Source: Chiloscyllium plagiosum
Lineage: Eukaryota
Direction: 5' to 3'
Length of the DNA: 64,000 bases
NCBI RefSeq assembly: GCF_004010195.1
Contig: NC_057758.1
Span: forward strand, 809,029 to 873,028
Shown: positions 13,591-26,522 of the stretch, in pieces
How positions within the stretch are numbered: position 1 is the stretch's first letter
Layout of the letters: every line of letters begins with the position of its first letter
The notes under the pieces: generated by a model
Databases searched by the model: none
Seen by the model: only the letters and a program-made list of their open reading frames with translations
What the model was told of the DNA's origin: nothing
Position numbers and translations under genes: made by a program

Positions 13591-14197
13591 TTGATGTTCC
13601 TTGAAGAGAAGTAATTTCTCATCACCTCTGTTTTAAATATGCTGCCCTTGTAGCTTAAAACAGTGACTTGTCGTTTTAGATTTTCCTACATGAGGAATCA
13701 TCCTCTCGACTTCTCGCTTGTGAACCTCTTCGGTATCTTATAGACTTTAAGTTGATCTTGTCTGAATGGTCTGAACTCAGGAAGCAGCGTGCAGTCTAAA
13801 CTGTTCGATGTCTCTTCATGAGACAAAACGCTCACCATTGGAAAATATCTAGCTTTTATTCCAAATTTGCTACTCAAATGAACACAAGCTTTACTGAAAG
13901 TAAATAATATGCAGTCAGGTGGTTTATTTATTCAGCATGAGAGTTCAACAACATATCATATGATTATTCAACACATGTGGTTCATTCTTAAAGATCATTC
14001 TTAAAGATCGTTACGTGACTGTTATGCTTTTTAAAAATTATTATCCACAGTTTATCCGAAAATACTGAGTATTTTCTGAATTAAGGTGTGTCTCATTTAC
14101 AAATTGTGATCAAGATTTTTAAACTGAGGCTCATGTCAACTTCTGCACAGACACAGAAACCGTCATTGACAAAAGTCGCTTTCTGCTGTTGTTGCGT

Positions 14198-14340
14198 ACA
14201 CACACATTTACTCACTCATGCACACATATTCACACACTCGCTGAGGCACACACATTTCCACTGCCAAACCCATAAATACACAAACACTGAGATATGAATA
14301 CGCACACAAGTATACACAATAATACACTTACAAGCAGACG
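14198..14340. repeat. Degenerate (CA)n tract, continuing at 15518-15760 beyond the CR1 insertion
   Basis: cacacacatttactcactcatgcacacatattcacacac... Confidence 0.7.
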
Positions 14341-15517
14341 TGAATACTGAGTCACAATTAAGTAGAATGGATGGCTTTGAGGTATGTAGAGAAGAGGTGT
14401 TGGAAATTCTGGGAAGGGTGAAAATAGATATGTCCTCTGGGCCTGATGGCATTTATCCTAGGATTCCCTGGGAAGCAAGGGAGGAGATTGCAGAGCCATT
14501 GGCCTTGATTTTTATGTCCTCGTTGTCTACAGGATTAGTGCCAGAAGATTGGAGGCTAGCAAATGTGGTTCCCTTGTTCAAGAAGGGGAGTAGGGATAAC
14601 CCTCGTAACTATAGGCCGATGAGTCTCACTTCTGTTGTGGGCAAAGTATTAGAGAGAACTGTAAGGGATAGGATTTATGAACATCTGGATAGGAATAATG
14701 TGATCAAGGATAGTCAGCATAGTTTTGTGAAGGGCAGGTCGTGCCTCACAAACCTTATTCAATTCCTTGAGAAGGTGACTAAGGAGGTNNNNNNNNNNNN
14801 NNNNNNNNNNNNNNNNNNNNNNNNNNNNNNNNNNNNNNNNNNNNNNNNNNNNNNNNNNNNNNNNNNNNNNNNNNNNNNNNNNNNNNNNNNNNNNCGGTGA
14901 AGAAGGCATATGGCGTACTGGCTTTTATTGGTAGAGGAGTTGAGTTCTGGAGTCCTGAGGTCATGTTGCAGTTGTATAAGACTCTGGTGAGGCCACAACT
15001 GGAGTATTGTGTGCAGTTTTGGTCGCCATACTATAGGAAGGATGTGGAGGAACTGGAACGAGTGCAGAGGAGGTTTACCAGGATGTTGCCTGGTATGGTA
15101 GGAAGATCGTATGAGGAAAGGCTGAAGCACTTAGGGTTGTTTTCATTGGAGAAAAGAAGGTTTAGGGGTGACTTGATAGAGGTGTACAAGATGATTAGGG
15201 GTTCAGATAGGATTGACAGTGAAAATCTTTTTTCACGTATGGAGTCAGCTATTACAAGGGGGCATAGCTTTAAATTAGGGGGGGTAGGTATAGGACGGAT
15301 GTTAGGGGTAGGTTCTTTACTCAGCGAGTCGTGAGTTCATGGAATGCCCTGTCAGTAGCAGTGGTGGAATCTCCCTCATTATGGGCATTTAAGCGGGCAT
15401 TGGATAGGCATATGGAGGATAGTGGGCTAGTGTAGGTTAGATGGGCTTGGATCGGCGCAACATCGAGGGCCGAAGGGCCTGTACCGCGCTGTATTCTTCG
15501 ATGTTCTATGTTCTATG
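14341..15517 (+). mobile_element. Young CR1 LINE (RT and C-terminus), spans an assembly gap
   Basis: Open frames SSGPDGIYPR..PEDWRLANVVPLFKKGSRDNPRNYRP..GRSCLTNL and LVRPQLEYCVQFWSPYY; (ttctatg)n tail. Confidence 0.95.
14789..14894. other. Assembly gap (N run)
   Basis: Ns. Confidence 1.
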
Positions 15518-16264
15518 TACACGCACAGAGGCATGTATTCTGATGCCCACACTCAGAGTGGTATATGATCACGTAATTATGCACGCACACATAGAGATAC
15601 ACATTGATGCACACAACAAGATAATAATTGAGATGCACACATACACTGACACGCATGCATGCACTCTCATACAGAGACGCACATTCAGACAAACACACTG
15701 AAAAAGACGAATGCTAACATACACTGATACTCACACGAGCAAACATGCACCTACACCTACAATAAAGGGAGGTCATGCTTTCAAGGTGAGAGGTCGAAAG
15801 TACACGGGCATACACGCAGCAAGTACTTCGCACAGAGGGTGGTGTGCGTTTGGAACACGTTGCCGGCAGACGTGGTAGAGGTCGGCACGGTAGATTCATT
15901 TAAGATGCTTCCAGACAGATGCATATTTGGACATTCAAATGCTTGTAACTTCCGTATCGCCTGAAGTAATACAATGTCCACTGATTGAAATGGTTGATAA
16001 TTGGACACACATCAGTGTGCAAACATTAATAAAACAGTAACGACAGTAATACAATGCCTACTGAGTTGGGTCGTTGATATGTGGACACTCAGCCTTGTGC
16101 ACCTGTCTTGTCTGCAGTAATGCAATTTTGATGGCGTGACATGCCTGACGTTTGCACATACAGAAGTGTGTACTGTCTATAGCAATACACTATTTACTGT
16201 TGGGACACCAGTTGCTTCGGCAGTCAGCACTAAGCAACCCATACACCGCTCACAATGAAACTGT

Positions 16265-16572
16265 GGGCGGCACGGTGGCACAGTGGTTAGCACTGCTGCC
16301 TCACAGCGCCAGAGACCCGGGTTCAATTCCCGCCTCAGGCGACTGACTGTGTGGAGTTTGCACGTTCTCCCCATGTCTGCGTGGGTTTCCTCCGGTTTTC
16401 TCCGACAGTCCAAAGATGTGGAGGTCAAGTGAATTGGCCATGCTAAATTGTCCGTAGTGTTAGGTAAAGGGGTACATGTAGGGGTATGGGTGCGCTTCGG
16501 CGGGGCGGTGTGGACTTGTTGGGCCGACACTGTAAGACACTGTTTCCACACTGTAAGTAATCTAATCTAATC
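16265..16572 (+). mobile_element. HE1-type V-SINE (tRNA-derived), near full length
   Basis: ggcggcacggtggcacagtggttagcactgc (A box), gggttcaattccc (B box), V-domain tgtgtggagtttgcacgttctcccc, (taatc)n tail. Confidence 0.93.
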
Positions 16573-18849
16573 TATACTGGTTGTTACACAAAGTCAATAG
16601 TGCAGTGGATTGACACTTGAAATTCAGCAGTGTCCAACCTGTGTGCTGAGCACGCAATGAGGTGCTGGATCTTTTTAAGCCTTTGCAGTGGGACATTCCA
16701 GCCTTTGTGGAACTCTCAGAGACTGAATGGTGACTTGAGGCCAATAAGATTCGTTTTGCAGGCAATTATTTAACAGACCGACTGACTGATCAAAATAATC
16801 AATGATTGTTCCATTCACATCCATGAAATGGAAATATTTCTTTAAACTGCGTCCACCTCCGAGCATTTAACGATACCTTGCGTCCATGACGAATATTGAG
16901 ATTCGAAATGGTTCTCAACCAATGGGTGACCTTTCCAACACTTACAGACAAGTTGTTGAGGAATCTTGTACTATGAAGAAGGGATCTTTTCTATCTTCTT
17001 ACTAGTGATATGGGACGACTGGGCTCATACACCGTACTCTCACATCAAACCCACAAAGCATAAAACCATGTTTGAAATAGCCCTAATATTTTGATCAGAT
17101 TGAAGAATGGTTGTTTTTTTTTGATGCCATATTGGCAAGAGGAAAGCAAAAACTGTTTGCGTCTGTGTTTCAATATATTGAAGTGGGCGGGGAATGATGT
17201 GTTTGGATCTTTGAAAGAAGCTGAAAGATTTTGCCTACACCATTGTTTCTCTTTTTCCGATTGTTCAGGTATGACGTTCCTTTCCGATTACATATCTACT
17301 TCCAACCCCGCATGGTACGATTGTTTACACTCCTGTCAGCATGGAAGGGTACAGAAATAAAACTTGAAGGATATTTTCCTCATTCTCAAACTCATCCTTC
17401 TCCCAGTTCCTAGTAGTATACATCTACTGATTCCTGAAATTCTGCAATCTCAAACATGTCTTGGAAGTAGATGTGAAGGTTGCCCAGTCAATGCTCTTTC
17501 TCCAGTCCGTATCTTCGACTAAACCAGCCGTTATTTCGTGGCAAAGATTGGGAGCTGATTGTGCAAACTGGCTGCGTTATCTTTATATTAAAACAGTAAC
17601 AGTACTCAAAATCAGTGCATATTTCCAACACTTTGAGAAGTCGTGGGTACTTTCACGGTGCTGTGAGCTAATTATTTTAATTCTGTATCTTTCCCAAATG
17701 GCCCACTTGCAAGTTACTCACGCTGCTCAACACCCCTGCAACCACACTTCTCTCTCCCTTTTAATTTCTACCTGGAGTCTGCATCCCTCCGTCTCTACCT
17801 GACCATTCTCTGTCTGGTACTCTCTTTAATTCCTCTGTGCAACTCCCTTTCTCCAGTCTCATTACCTCCCACAAACTCAACTTTCGAATTTCCCAATTAT
17901 TTTCCACTTTTTCTATCTTGATGCTCCTAAGTCGGAAGAAAGTACGCACACTTTAACACAGAAAATACTTTCTGAAATTTGAAGAAAATTTAAAGATTAC
18001 CCAGAGCTGCCAAAACAGAACAGCTAATAGATAGGATGTCCAAAAACAGATGCATGTAGCAGTTAGCTGTACAATGGATATTCGAGATTTGGTTGCGGTT
18101 TTCAGATCAATTCAATTTTAGTCTATAATATTAAAAACAAATTGCGTTTAAATTTACTGTAATCACAGGATCGGAGAAATGAAAGGGAATGACGTTGATA
18201 AAAACATAGCCACTGTTCCGTCCTGCAGTCTTGCTCCAATTGGAGGCGCCACAGATCTCTCTGTGGATAATCCTCATTGGATGCCCTCCTCATGGCGCAC
18301 CTTCTCTCCTGGACCATCCAATCACATGGCAGTACTCATACCACTTACTTCTCCACAGACCTGTTCAAATATCAGTCTCAGGTCCCCCTCATCTTTTTTC
18401 AGTTCCTACATACCTCTCTCTCTCCTCAGTGGTGCATCGACCTGTCTGTACCTCATCATCGTTCTGAACATTGACACTTTCTTGCTTTCCCTCTTCTTTC
18501 CGACGTCACTCACAATCTACTCACAGCACAGATTTTCCAAGACGTGATGACATCGTTGTTTAGATTACCATGCCTTTCCATTGGTTCTCCCTTCCGTCAG
18601 TCACATTTAATTACACACTGAACAGTTTCCACGTGCGTTTCCCATTCCTAATGACATGCCTTTCTCTCTTCATATGCCCCACCGATTAACAATATTTTCT
18701 GACTGGCCTGTACTTGCCCCCACGCTTTTGACTTCTATTCCGAAGGGACAGCCCGTCTATTAAAGGAGAAGCACCGCTTTTAACACGCCCTGCCAATAAT
18801 TCGGAAAGGTGCATTTTTTTTTCTGGAATGAGGTGTGAGATGGTCTCTA

Positions 18850-19210
18850 GGGGACAAGCAGACGAAACGCATCCAGAAACCCTCGCCACTCTCCCCTATA
18901 TCAAGGACTTTACGGAAATGACTGTCAGACTACTCAGATCCCTTGGAATCACGGTAACCCACAAACCCACTAACATACTAAAACAGCAGCTAATGAACTT
19001 AAAACACCCTGTACAGACGACAAGCAAATCTGTTGTCATTTACAAAAATAGTGTGCAACAACTGTAACGAATACTACATTGGACACACATGCAAAAAATC
19101 TGCCACCAGGATACATGAATATCAACGAACCAAAAAACAACATCACCCTGTCTCACTGATATCCCTACATACAGATAAGGATGGACACCACTTCTACTAG
19201 TACAAGCACA
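18850..19210 (+). mobile_element. Penelope-like fragment (RT-endonuclease linker and GIY-YIG)
   Basis: ATLPYIKDFTEMTVRLLRSLGITVTHKPTN..SVVIYK, then YIG in a shifted frame. Confidence 0.85.
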
Positions 19211-21978
19211 AAATTAAAAATTACACCACACCAGGTTATAGTCGAACAGCTTTTGCAGCATTGATCTTTCATCAGGTGTTTATGGAGTATAAGATCTTAG
19301 GACACAGAAGCTATAGCAAAAGACTACAGCATGATGTAACTGAAATCATATGCTGGAAATTACAAATCAGCTTTCGGAATGTACTGTTTTTCTGCTTAAT
19401 TTTCATAGCAACGTTTTGCTCTCTCCAATTTATCAGCCAATACTTTTTTTAGGATAAATTCTTTACACCACAAATTAACAAAATGCTTTGTCAAGAATAG
19501 AATGCTTACAGCCAAGTAAAGTGACTACTCATTTCATTTATGCCACATTGAGAGGAGCTGCTCAACGCATTTCGACTTTTCATCTTTGTCTCAGAAATGT
19601 ATGCATTCTGTACCGAATGTGCAATGGTGGCGACACCAACCAGAATATACCACGCCATTGAAACCCCCATACAGGCAACTCAGCTAGGCGCCTGGTTACA
19701 CAGAACGAATGGAACAATATGCATGAGCCTGTGAGGTGAAGCAGAGCAACCCCTCTGTTGAGTAACATCAAGGTTGGCGAATGGGAAATACTGGAATTCT
19801 GGAAGCAATTTTGTCTTTCAACCAATCAGAGCCGCCCTATTGTCTGAATGCGGACGGTCAAGAATGGGCTTTTGAAGCTGCTAAATCCTGCTCAGTAAAG
19901 TTTGCTGCAGCTTCTCATCTCTCTCTGAATGAAGGTTGTGCTTCACCCAGACTGAAACTTACTGCACTGTCAATAATCTGTGAGCATAACACTTTTTTTC
20001 TTCCCATTCCAGTTCCTTTCTCATTCGGGTGGAAGTGTTGACATGCAAGTATTGAACGGGAAGAGAATTAATCCAGACAGGGTGCAGATCTGAAAAGATT
20101 GGCCCTGTCTTCCGCTCTCTGAAAGACATTGACATCCTTTACATGCTTCGTTTGGCACATGAATTTGTCTGGCGGACAGAACGCCGTCTTTCCTAATGTT
20201 CACAGTTAAAAGGAAGTTCTTTTCTGAATGTCAAACCTGTCATGTGATGAGGAATTCACTTAATATCAGGTTGAGCCACGTTTTGTTTTGTTACGACATA
20301 TACATTTCAAAATATCACGCTTCTATAACGTTCATGTGCTATTTCTAGTCTCAAATGAGAGATTTTCTGTGAAATTCTGTATTCCAGTGATGGACTCGTT
20401 ATGGAAGAGCAATTCATATATGTGCCGACTCCCCAGCAATCATTCTATCTGCATATGGCTGTCATCCCGCAAGTTCATTCCCACCATCGGTTCATCCAAT
20501 TGTATTTTGATATCGTATTTGAGTCTATTGAGTTTGTAATCAATTGTCAGAAGTAATTCTTGTCACCTCCTCATATGCAGATGATTCTAGGTTGTGGTAA
20601 ATCGATGCTTAACTCGCATTCTTCCTTAAATCCCAGATGTCTTTCACCAAGTGGTGCAGACTAGCTAAGTTGAAACGTTTTCATCCAGTATTCTGCGTAT
20701 CTATCCTAAGAAAAAGTACAAATCATGAAGTACAGATCATGAATGCCCATCTCGCCAAAAGCGAGATGGGTATTCATATGTACACCAGTTACAAGATGGG
20801 CTGAATGACCGAGATCAGTACTGTAGACTGATGTGATTCCGTGAGCAACAGGAAAAGGATTCGTGAGAAAGAAACAAAGCAAAGTGAACACAATGGAATA
20901 CAGACAAAACGAGAGAGACACACAGACAGACAAAGGACGAAGGAAAAACAATTACAGATTTGACTGAATAGACTTCGCCACAAAGTGCAGCGTGCCATTA
21001 TGAAGGGAGTCTAGCATAATGATGAGAATTTTAAATTCGAGATGGTGCCCAGATGGGAACCCATGACCATCGTAAGCAACAGGGATGATAGTGCAAAGGT
21101 GGTTAGCGTCAATTAATGACTGGTTGACAAGTTCCGGATCAGCTCTGTTCATAGATGCTTGTACCTTTGGAGCCGATAAAGAATTGGCAGATGTTCACAA
21201 TAATCGAAGTGGTTGGAGGTAGATTGGTTTCAGTCACAGTATTAACTAGTGGCATTAATGACATCCTATTCAGGTCAAACAGTGAGCTGGAAGATTGATG
21301 TTGTGAATGGGTGATGAACAAGATGTATGCGGATGAGTGAAGAGAATAGCCTTGGTTTTTGATAGCTTTAAATACGAATTAATAAGTCACAATGAGACAT
21401 GTTTTCAGACCTAACATCTGATGATTGAGAATCACAGGGCAGAAAGACCAGAGAACTTTGGAGAGATCATCGCTAATTTTCTAACTTTTTTTCATGTTTT
21501 TGATAGATCTGTGTGTGGGGTCAGAAGTGAACTTTGAACAGCAACGTGTGGGAAAATGGAGTACAACAGACAGAAATGCTTTTTAAAAATCCTATCATGG
21601 AAGGTACTGATAATTAATTACAAGCCTGTGGAATGAGTAGAGCGATTCAACATCTAGTCCTGCTTTCCCCAGTGATGCATGTTGAATATAATCATCGAGG
21701 GAGGGCAGATGTTAACCAGGAGAACACTGAAAATATTGCTTAAAATAAAAAAAAGAATTAAAACGTCTCTGATTGATTTTGGTCGGGCTTACTGACTGAG
21801 ATCAATTATTCATGAACTATGTTTAGCAAATTTGGGAAACTGTGCGTAAAATTGAACATTTTAAGTACACTTCGTTACGAATCCAGATATAGAATAATTG
21901 ATTTAGTTTGGCTTACTAGTCCTATATGAAAAACCTGAGAAACAGCAACCTTAAAGTATATTAATTTAGTACTTTTTG

Positions 21979-22166
21979 TCACTGTCTTTCACAATTGTGC
22001 ACAAATACGTCCCTAGAGCTCAGACACCAGCTGGAGAAGAAAGTAAATGAACCGCAGTAAAGTCCGCTTTCCAGCACCAGTCACGGATGGGAAACACTTA
22101 CCCGGAGCCCAGTAATAGCCACAAAGAGACAATAAAATATTTAATAATCTTAAGTGACCAATACAT
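21979..22166 (-). CDS. Candidate secreted-peptide gene fragment: leader exon, 71-nt intron and short Cys exon (possibly a defensin-like pseudogene)
   Basis: ATG at 22166; MYWSLKIIKYFIVSLWLLLGS-GG|gtaagt; acceptor ttcatttactttcttctccag|; in-frame continuation GWCLSSRDVFVHNCERQ*. Confidence 0.45.
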
Positions 22167-23959
22167 CCTCAGATGTAAATTCATTCATTTTTGGTTCTAA
22201 TACATACAGTTAAGCTCATCAGAAAACTATTTTTAAAAATATTGTTACATAGAAAGTGTTGATCACAAATCCTGTTACATTTTCTATGCAGTCTCGAAAT
22301 TTCAATATAGCCTCGTATGTTGTGGGGGTGAAACAGTGCTCTCTCTAATACAGTGAAAGGACACATTGGGTTGTCAGTTCTTCTTAGGAAAAGCAGGAAA
22401 TGCATCATTAACACAATGAGACCTGGGCCCCCACCATTATTACCTCATTCCCTAAGTTGGAACATGTTCAGTTTCCAGTCACTGATTTCTGAACAACAAT
22501 GAAACATTATTTCTACCCGAACGTTTGCAAAACTGCGCGAGAGATTTCTGAAGATCTGGGACCAACGGACTGAAACTGCAATAACGTACGGTCAACCAGA
22601 CAGATCACCAAATGATCACATCATCGATGCTTTCCATTCGATGCCTGCAGCCCATTCGATTGTGTCTTGCTGTTGGCAGATGAACTTTTGTGATATTTCG
22701 AGGCACATCCCAATCATGAGCGACGTCTGAGATTGGTGTCTTATCGCTTGAGCCCAGGATGAAGCAACATGAAAAATGTTCAGAATTAGTTTCCAGAGGA
22801 TGGCCCAGCTAGGACTCCTGAAATACCAGCATCACTGCGTTGGTTTTTCATTTCCAGCAGATTCTCTGTATGTCAGATAGTATCACAAGCAGATGAAGAT
22901 ATTGATAACAATAATTTCACTCCCCTGTCAGAGTATCCACCAAATGCAAAAAATGTGCATATATGGAGCCAGTAGACCTTCGGTGTCCAGCACACTGACA
23001 CTGTTAGAAACTCCACAATCTGTGAAGTAGACCAAGTTTTGCCAGACCAGAATAAAGCAAAGGAATACAATCACCTAATCTGGGCAGTTCCCATCACTCA
23101 CTCGGCTGCAGTTACTCCTCAGCAAACAGATGGACAGCATTATTGAGCAAGCTATCAGTCTCATGTAGATACAAGTCATTGATGTTCAGAGTGATATCCA
23201 CAAGTATCACTCAGATCGACAACCTCCCTTACAGCCTTGTATCGAATTGAAAAAAAAAATATTGGAGACGTAAGGTGAAAGAGAACACCTCTGATGGAAG
23301 TTCAGCATGTGTATGAGAGTGACATCCAGCAGAAAACTAGGGCAGACTCTTCACTGAATGGAGTTTGGAATAACATGGTTCAGGTCGTTGGCGATCAATC
23401 ATCTCCTACCTCTCTGACACCTTTCCAGAAACTTAAAAATATTGAATCTTGGGGCAGGAGAAGAATACTCGAATTGTCTAGACTATTCCAAGATTCAACA
23501 TGACCATAACAGATACTCCATCTCAATCTGCTGCTCCCACTGGCTTCCTCAAAAGTTTCGATCACATGATTCCACAGAATGTTATCCAAACCCCTTTCTC
23601 GAAAAATGAATCACTGTTTCCGCCTCAGTTGCTTGCTCTGACAGAGAATTCGAGACGTTGACCACAGCGTAGGTCAAGATAACTCTCCTTATTTCTTGCA
23701 AGGAAAGGCAAGACGAACCCTTTGACTTTGACTACAATGTATTTGTACTCTGCATCATCGGGAATGTTCTTCTTGTGCTCTTTTCAGTCCTGAGCAAAGT
23801 TATAAGATTTGGAGGGATCGTAGCTCATTCGCATAAAGACCACTGATCGTGTCTTCCTTCATTCGTCAGCCCTACTGTCCCATGATTCAGTCTTTGTTGC
23901 ACAGTTTTAATTTTCAGAATATACTTCCTCTTATCAGTAGGTAGAAAAAACTGCATCTT

Positions 23960-24028
23960 GTGTTCCACTGTTAGTGCAGCGTGTTCCACTCTTAGTGCAG
24001 CGTGTTCCACTATTAGCGCAGCGTGTTT
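23960..24028. repeat. 21-bp tandem repeat, about 3.3 copies
   Basis: gtgttccactNttag(t/c)gcagc units. Confidence 0.9.
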
Positions 24029-24029
24029 T

Positions 24030-24380
24030 ACAGTTGGAATGACAATGTTTCTGAGAGTCGCACTGTTGGAGAATTATAGCTGAAAGAAAGCCTCACTGAG
24101 GGAGGTTCAGTAATAAAGGAAATCCATATTGTCAGAAGGTCAGTGCTGAGGGAGGGCCTCACTGTCAAGTGATCAGTGCTGAGGTATTGCGTCACTGTAG
24201 ACTGGTCATTAATGAAGAAACGTCCCACTATTGGAAAGTCGGTTCTGGGGGATTACTGCTTTGACGAATGGTCAGTGTTGAGGAAATAATGCATTGTCAG
24301 GCTGTCACTATTGAGGAAGTGCCGTACTGTTGGAGGATCAGCATTGAGGGAGTAAGATTCTACTGGAGGGACAGTGGTCG
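24030..24380. repeat. Degenerate ~33-bp minisatellite
   Basis: Recurrent cactgt(c/t)ggaggNtcagtgctgaggga-like units. Confidence 0.75.
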
Positions 24381-24539
24381 TCAATTCAATGAAAACATTA
24401 GTAGAAGGGAGGGTGAGAAAACTACCCCATGATTATTGTCTGTCACGTGTCTGCTGTTTTTCAAATAAGTTTTTCTGCTCTCCCAGAGTGAAGTGATTAA
24501 TTACAAAATCTGTGAGGACATGACACTATCAGAGCACAA

Positions 24540-25400
24540 CAGACATTGGGTGAAGATCACTTGGTAAAGATGTGCATGATGAATTGTGGGTCTTCAAAAA
24601 GTGCAGAGTGTCAGAAGTGTGAATGTCGATAGACCCTGACGGCAGCAGCACAGGTATAGGAGATTGGTGAGACGGTATACAGGACATTGTATCAGGCAAG
24701 GAAGTTAGATATATGTGTAGAAACGTATGCAATTCTAAGCCACTTCCCCCCTCACTTTAAAGTTGTGTTCCTTGGTCACAGGCACGTCTGCCGTGGAGAA
24801 AGTTTCTCACAATCTGCACCATCTATGTCACTCATAATTTTATATACGTTATTCAGATCACCCATATCTCTTCTGTTCGAAGGAAATTAACCCCAACCAA
24901 TCCAGTCACCCTTTTACACTGAGCCTTTTCATCCAAGGCATCATCCTGATGAAGTTCTTTTGCACTCTCGACAGTGAAATCAGTTCTTCTGATAGCGTGA
25001 CGACAAGCACTGCACAAAGCATTCCAAGTGGACCTAATGTTTTATAACGTGGTAACAAGTTCTTGTTACTCCAAATATGACACGTGGCTAATGAAGGCAA
25101 ACATCTCATATGCCTGCACCATCCATTCTATCTATGCTGATACCTTCAGGGAAATATGATATTGAAAACCAAAATCCAGCGATTCCGCAGTGCTCTCTGG
25201 GGCATTTATTTCGTACGTCCAACGCTTACTAAGCCTCCCAAAATGTCTCACTTCGCATCTTCCTTTGTTCTGCTCAATTTAACAGCTGATTAATATCACA
25301 CTGTGTCCTGAGACCATACCCATCCTTATCAACAGTTATCTTCAGACTTAATACATAACATTTACATTGTGATTCGAGTTGTGAATGTATCGTCCAGAGT
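24540..25400 (-). mobile_element. Old CR1 fragment
   Basis: Minus-strand RYKTLGPLG..SRVQKNFIRMMP is CR1 ORF2. Confidence 0.7.
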
Positions 25401-25639
25401 CGAGAATTAGGAACCTTGTGCCCAAAAATAAGGAGGTGCACAAATAAAATAGAGATGAGAAAGGTTTTGTTCTCCCGCTCAGTAGTGCATCAGTCTTTGG
25501 AATTCCCTCCGTGAAAAACAGTGGAATTGGTTAAATTCATTTTTTTCAATGGCGGATGCAGCTAGGTTCTTGATGACTGAGAGAACAAAACATGATCAGC
25601 GGGATCGCAGAAATGAAGAGATGATAATAAAATTGAAGC

Positions 25640-25920
25640 AGGAGAAAGTGAGGACTGCAGATACTGGATAGCAGAGCCGAGTTTGTATTGCTTGGAAAGT
25701 GCAGAAGGCAGCATCCGAGGAGCTTTGCTAATGAAGGACTTCTGCCCGAAACGTCGATTCTCCTGCTCCTCGGATGCTGCCTGACCTGTTGCTGGGAAAA
25801 CACAGCAGGTTGGGCAGCATCGGAGAAGCAGGAGAATTGACGTTTCAGGCATAAGCACTTCATCAGGAAAGCTTCTTGGAAGCTGCCTGCTGTGCTTTCC
25901 CAGCAACACATTTTCGACTA
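25640..25920. mobile_element. Nested inverted Penelope terminal-repeat fragments
   Basis: gagaaagtgaggactgcagat..., gcccgaaacgtcgattctcctgctcctcggatgctgcc and its reverse complement adjacent. Confidence 0.8.
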
Positions 25921-26522
25921 TAAAAGGGAGTCAGGCATGATCAATGTGTGTATGCGGGGGGTGTGGTAGTGAGGGAGAATGATAGACTCGACGTGTTAAG
26001 TCACCTACGTTTTCCTTGCCGCCCATATCTTCTGTTTGTAACAGGAAAATTCTTTTTATGTATCTTCTCCCACTCAGTTAACCTCCTGATACATGTTTCC
26101 CTCCATGTTTCAATGTGTACTAGTGGTTGACACAGAACCAGCACATGTTTTGCTCCCTTCGACATTCCAATGCAGCTCCCAGTTTTTGCGCTCAGAACCT
26201 ATGACACCTGAAATTTTTGGTGTGACGCAAACTATCATTTGACTTGAACAAATCGCCCCTATGGGAAAACGCAAAATGAGCCAGCGACTTTGGCTGCAGT
26301 CTTTGTGTTGGAAATGATAGAGCACTGAATCATAGAACGGAATAGTCTGGGAGAGGCCCATCAACTCATTGGGTCTACAACGTGAAATAATGCCAGAAAC
26401 TCACACTCGAACAATATAACAAAAAGTGGTCAATAAGTCTGAATATGAGGACACTTCAAGTGGTGCATCCAATAGCTTTTGAAGGATTGTAAGTTTCCCC
26501 ACCTCAGCTACCTATCCAGAAC

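Noticed and set aside
16265..16340. tRNA-like A/B boxes
   Set aside because: Head of an HE1 SINE, not a tRNA gene
17269..17360. Strong plus-strand acceptor then GMTFLSDYISTSNPAWYDCLHSCQHGRVQK*
   Set aside because: No recognisable domain or partner exon; the same applies to orphan acceptors near 51373 and 62279
23960..24028. Short direct repeats resembling a CRISPR array
   Set aside because: Head-to-tail with no spacers, in eukaryotic context; a simple minisatellite
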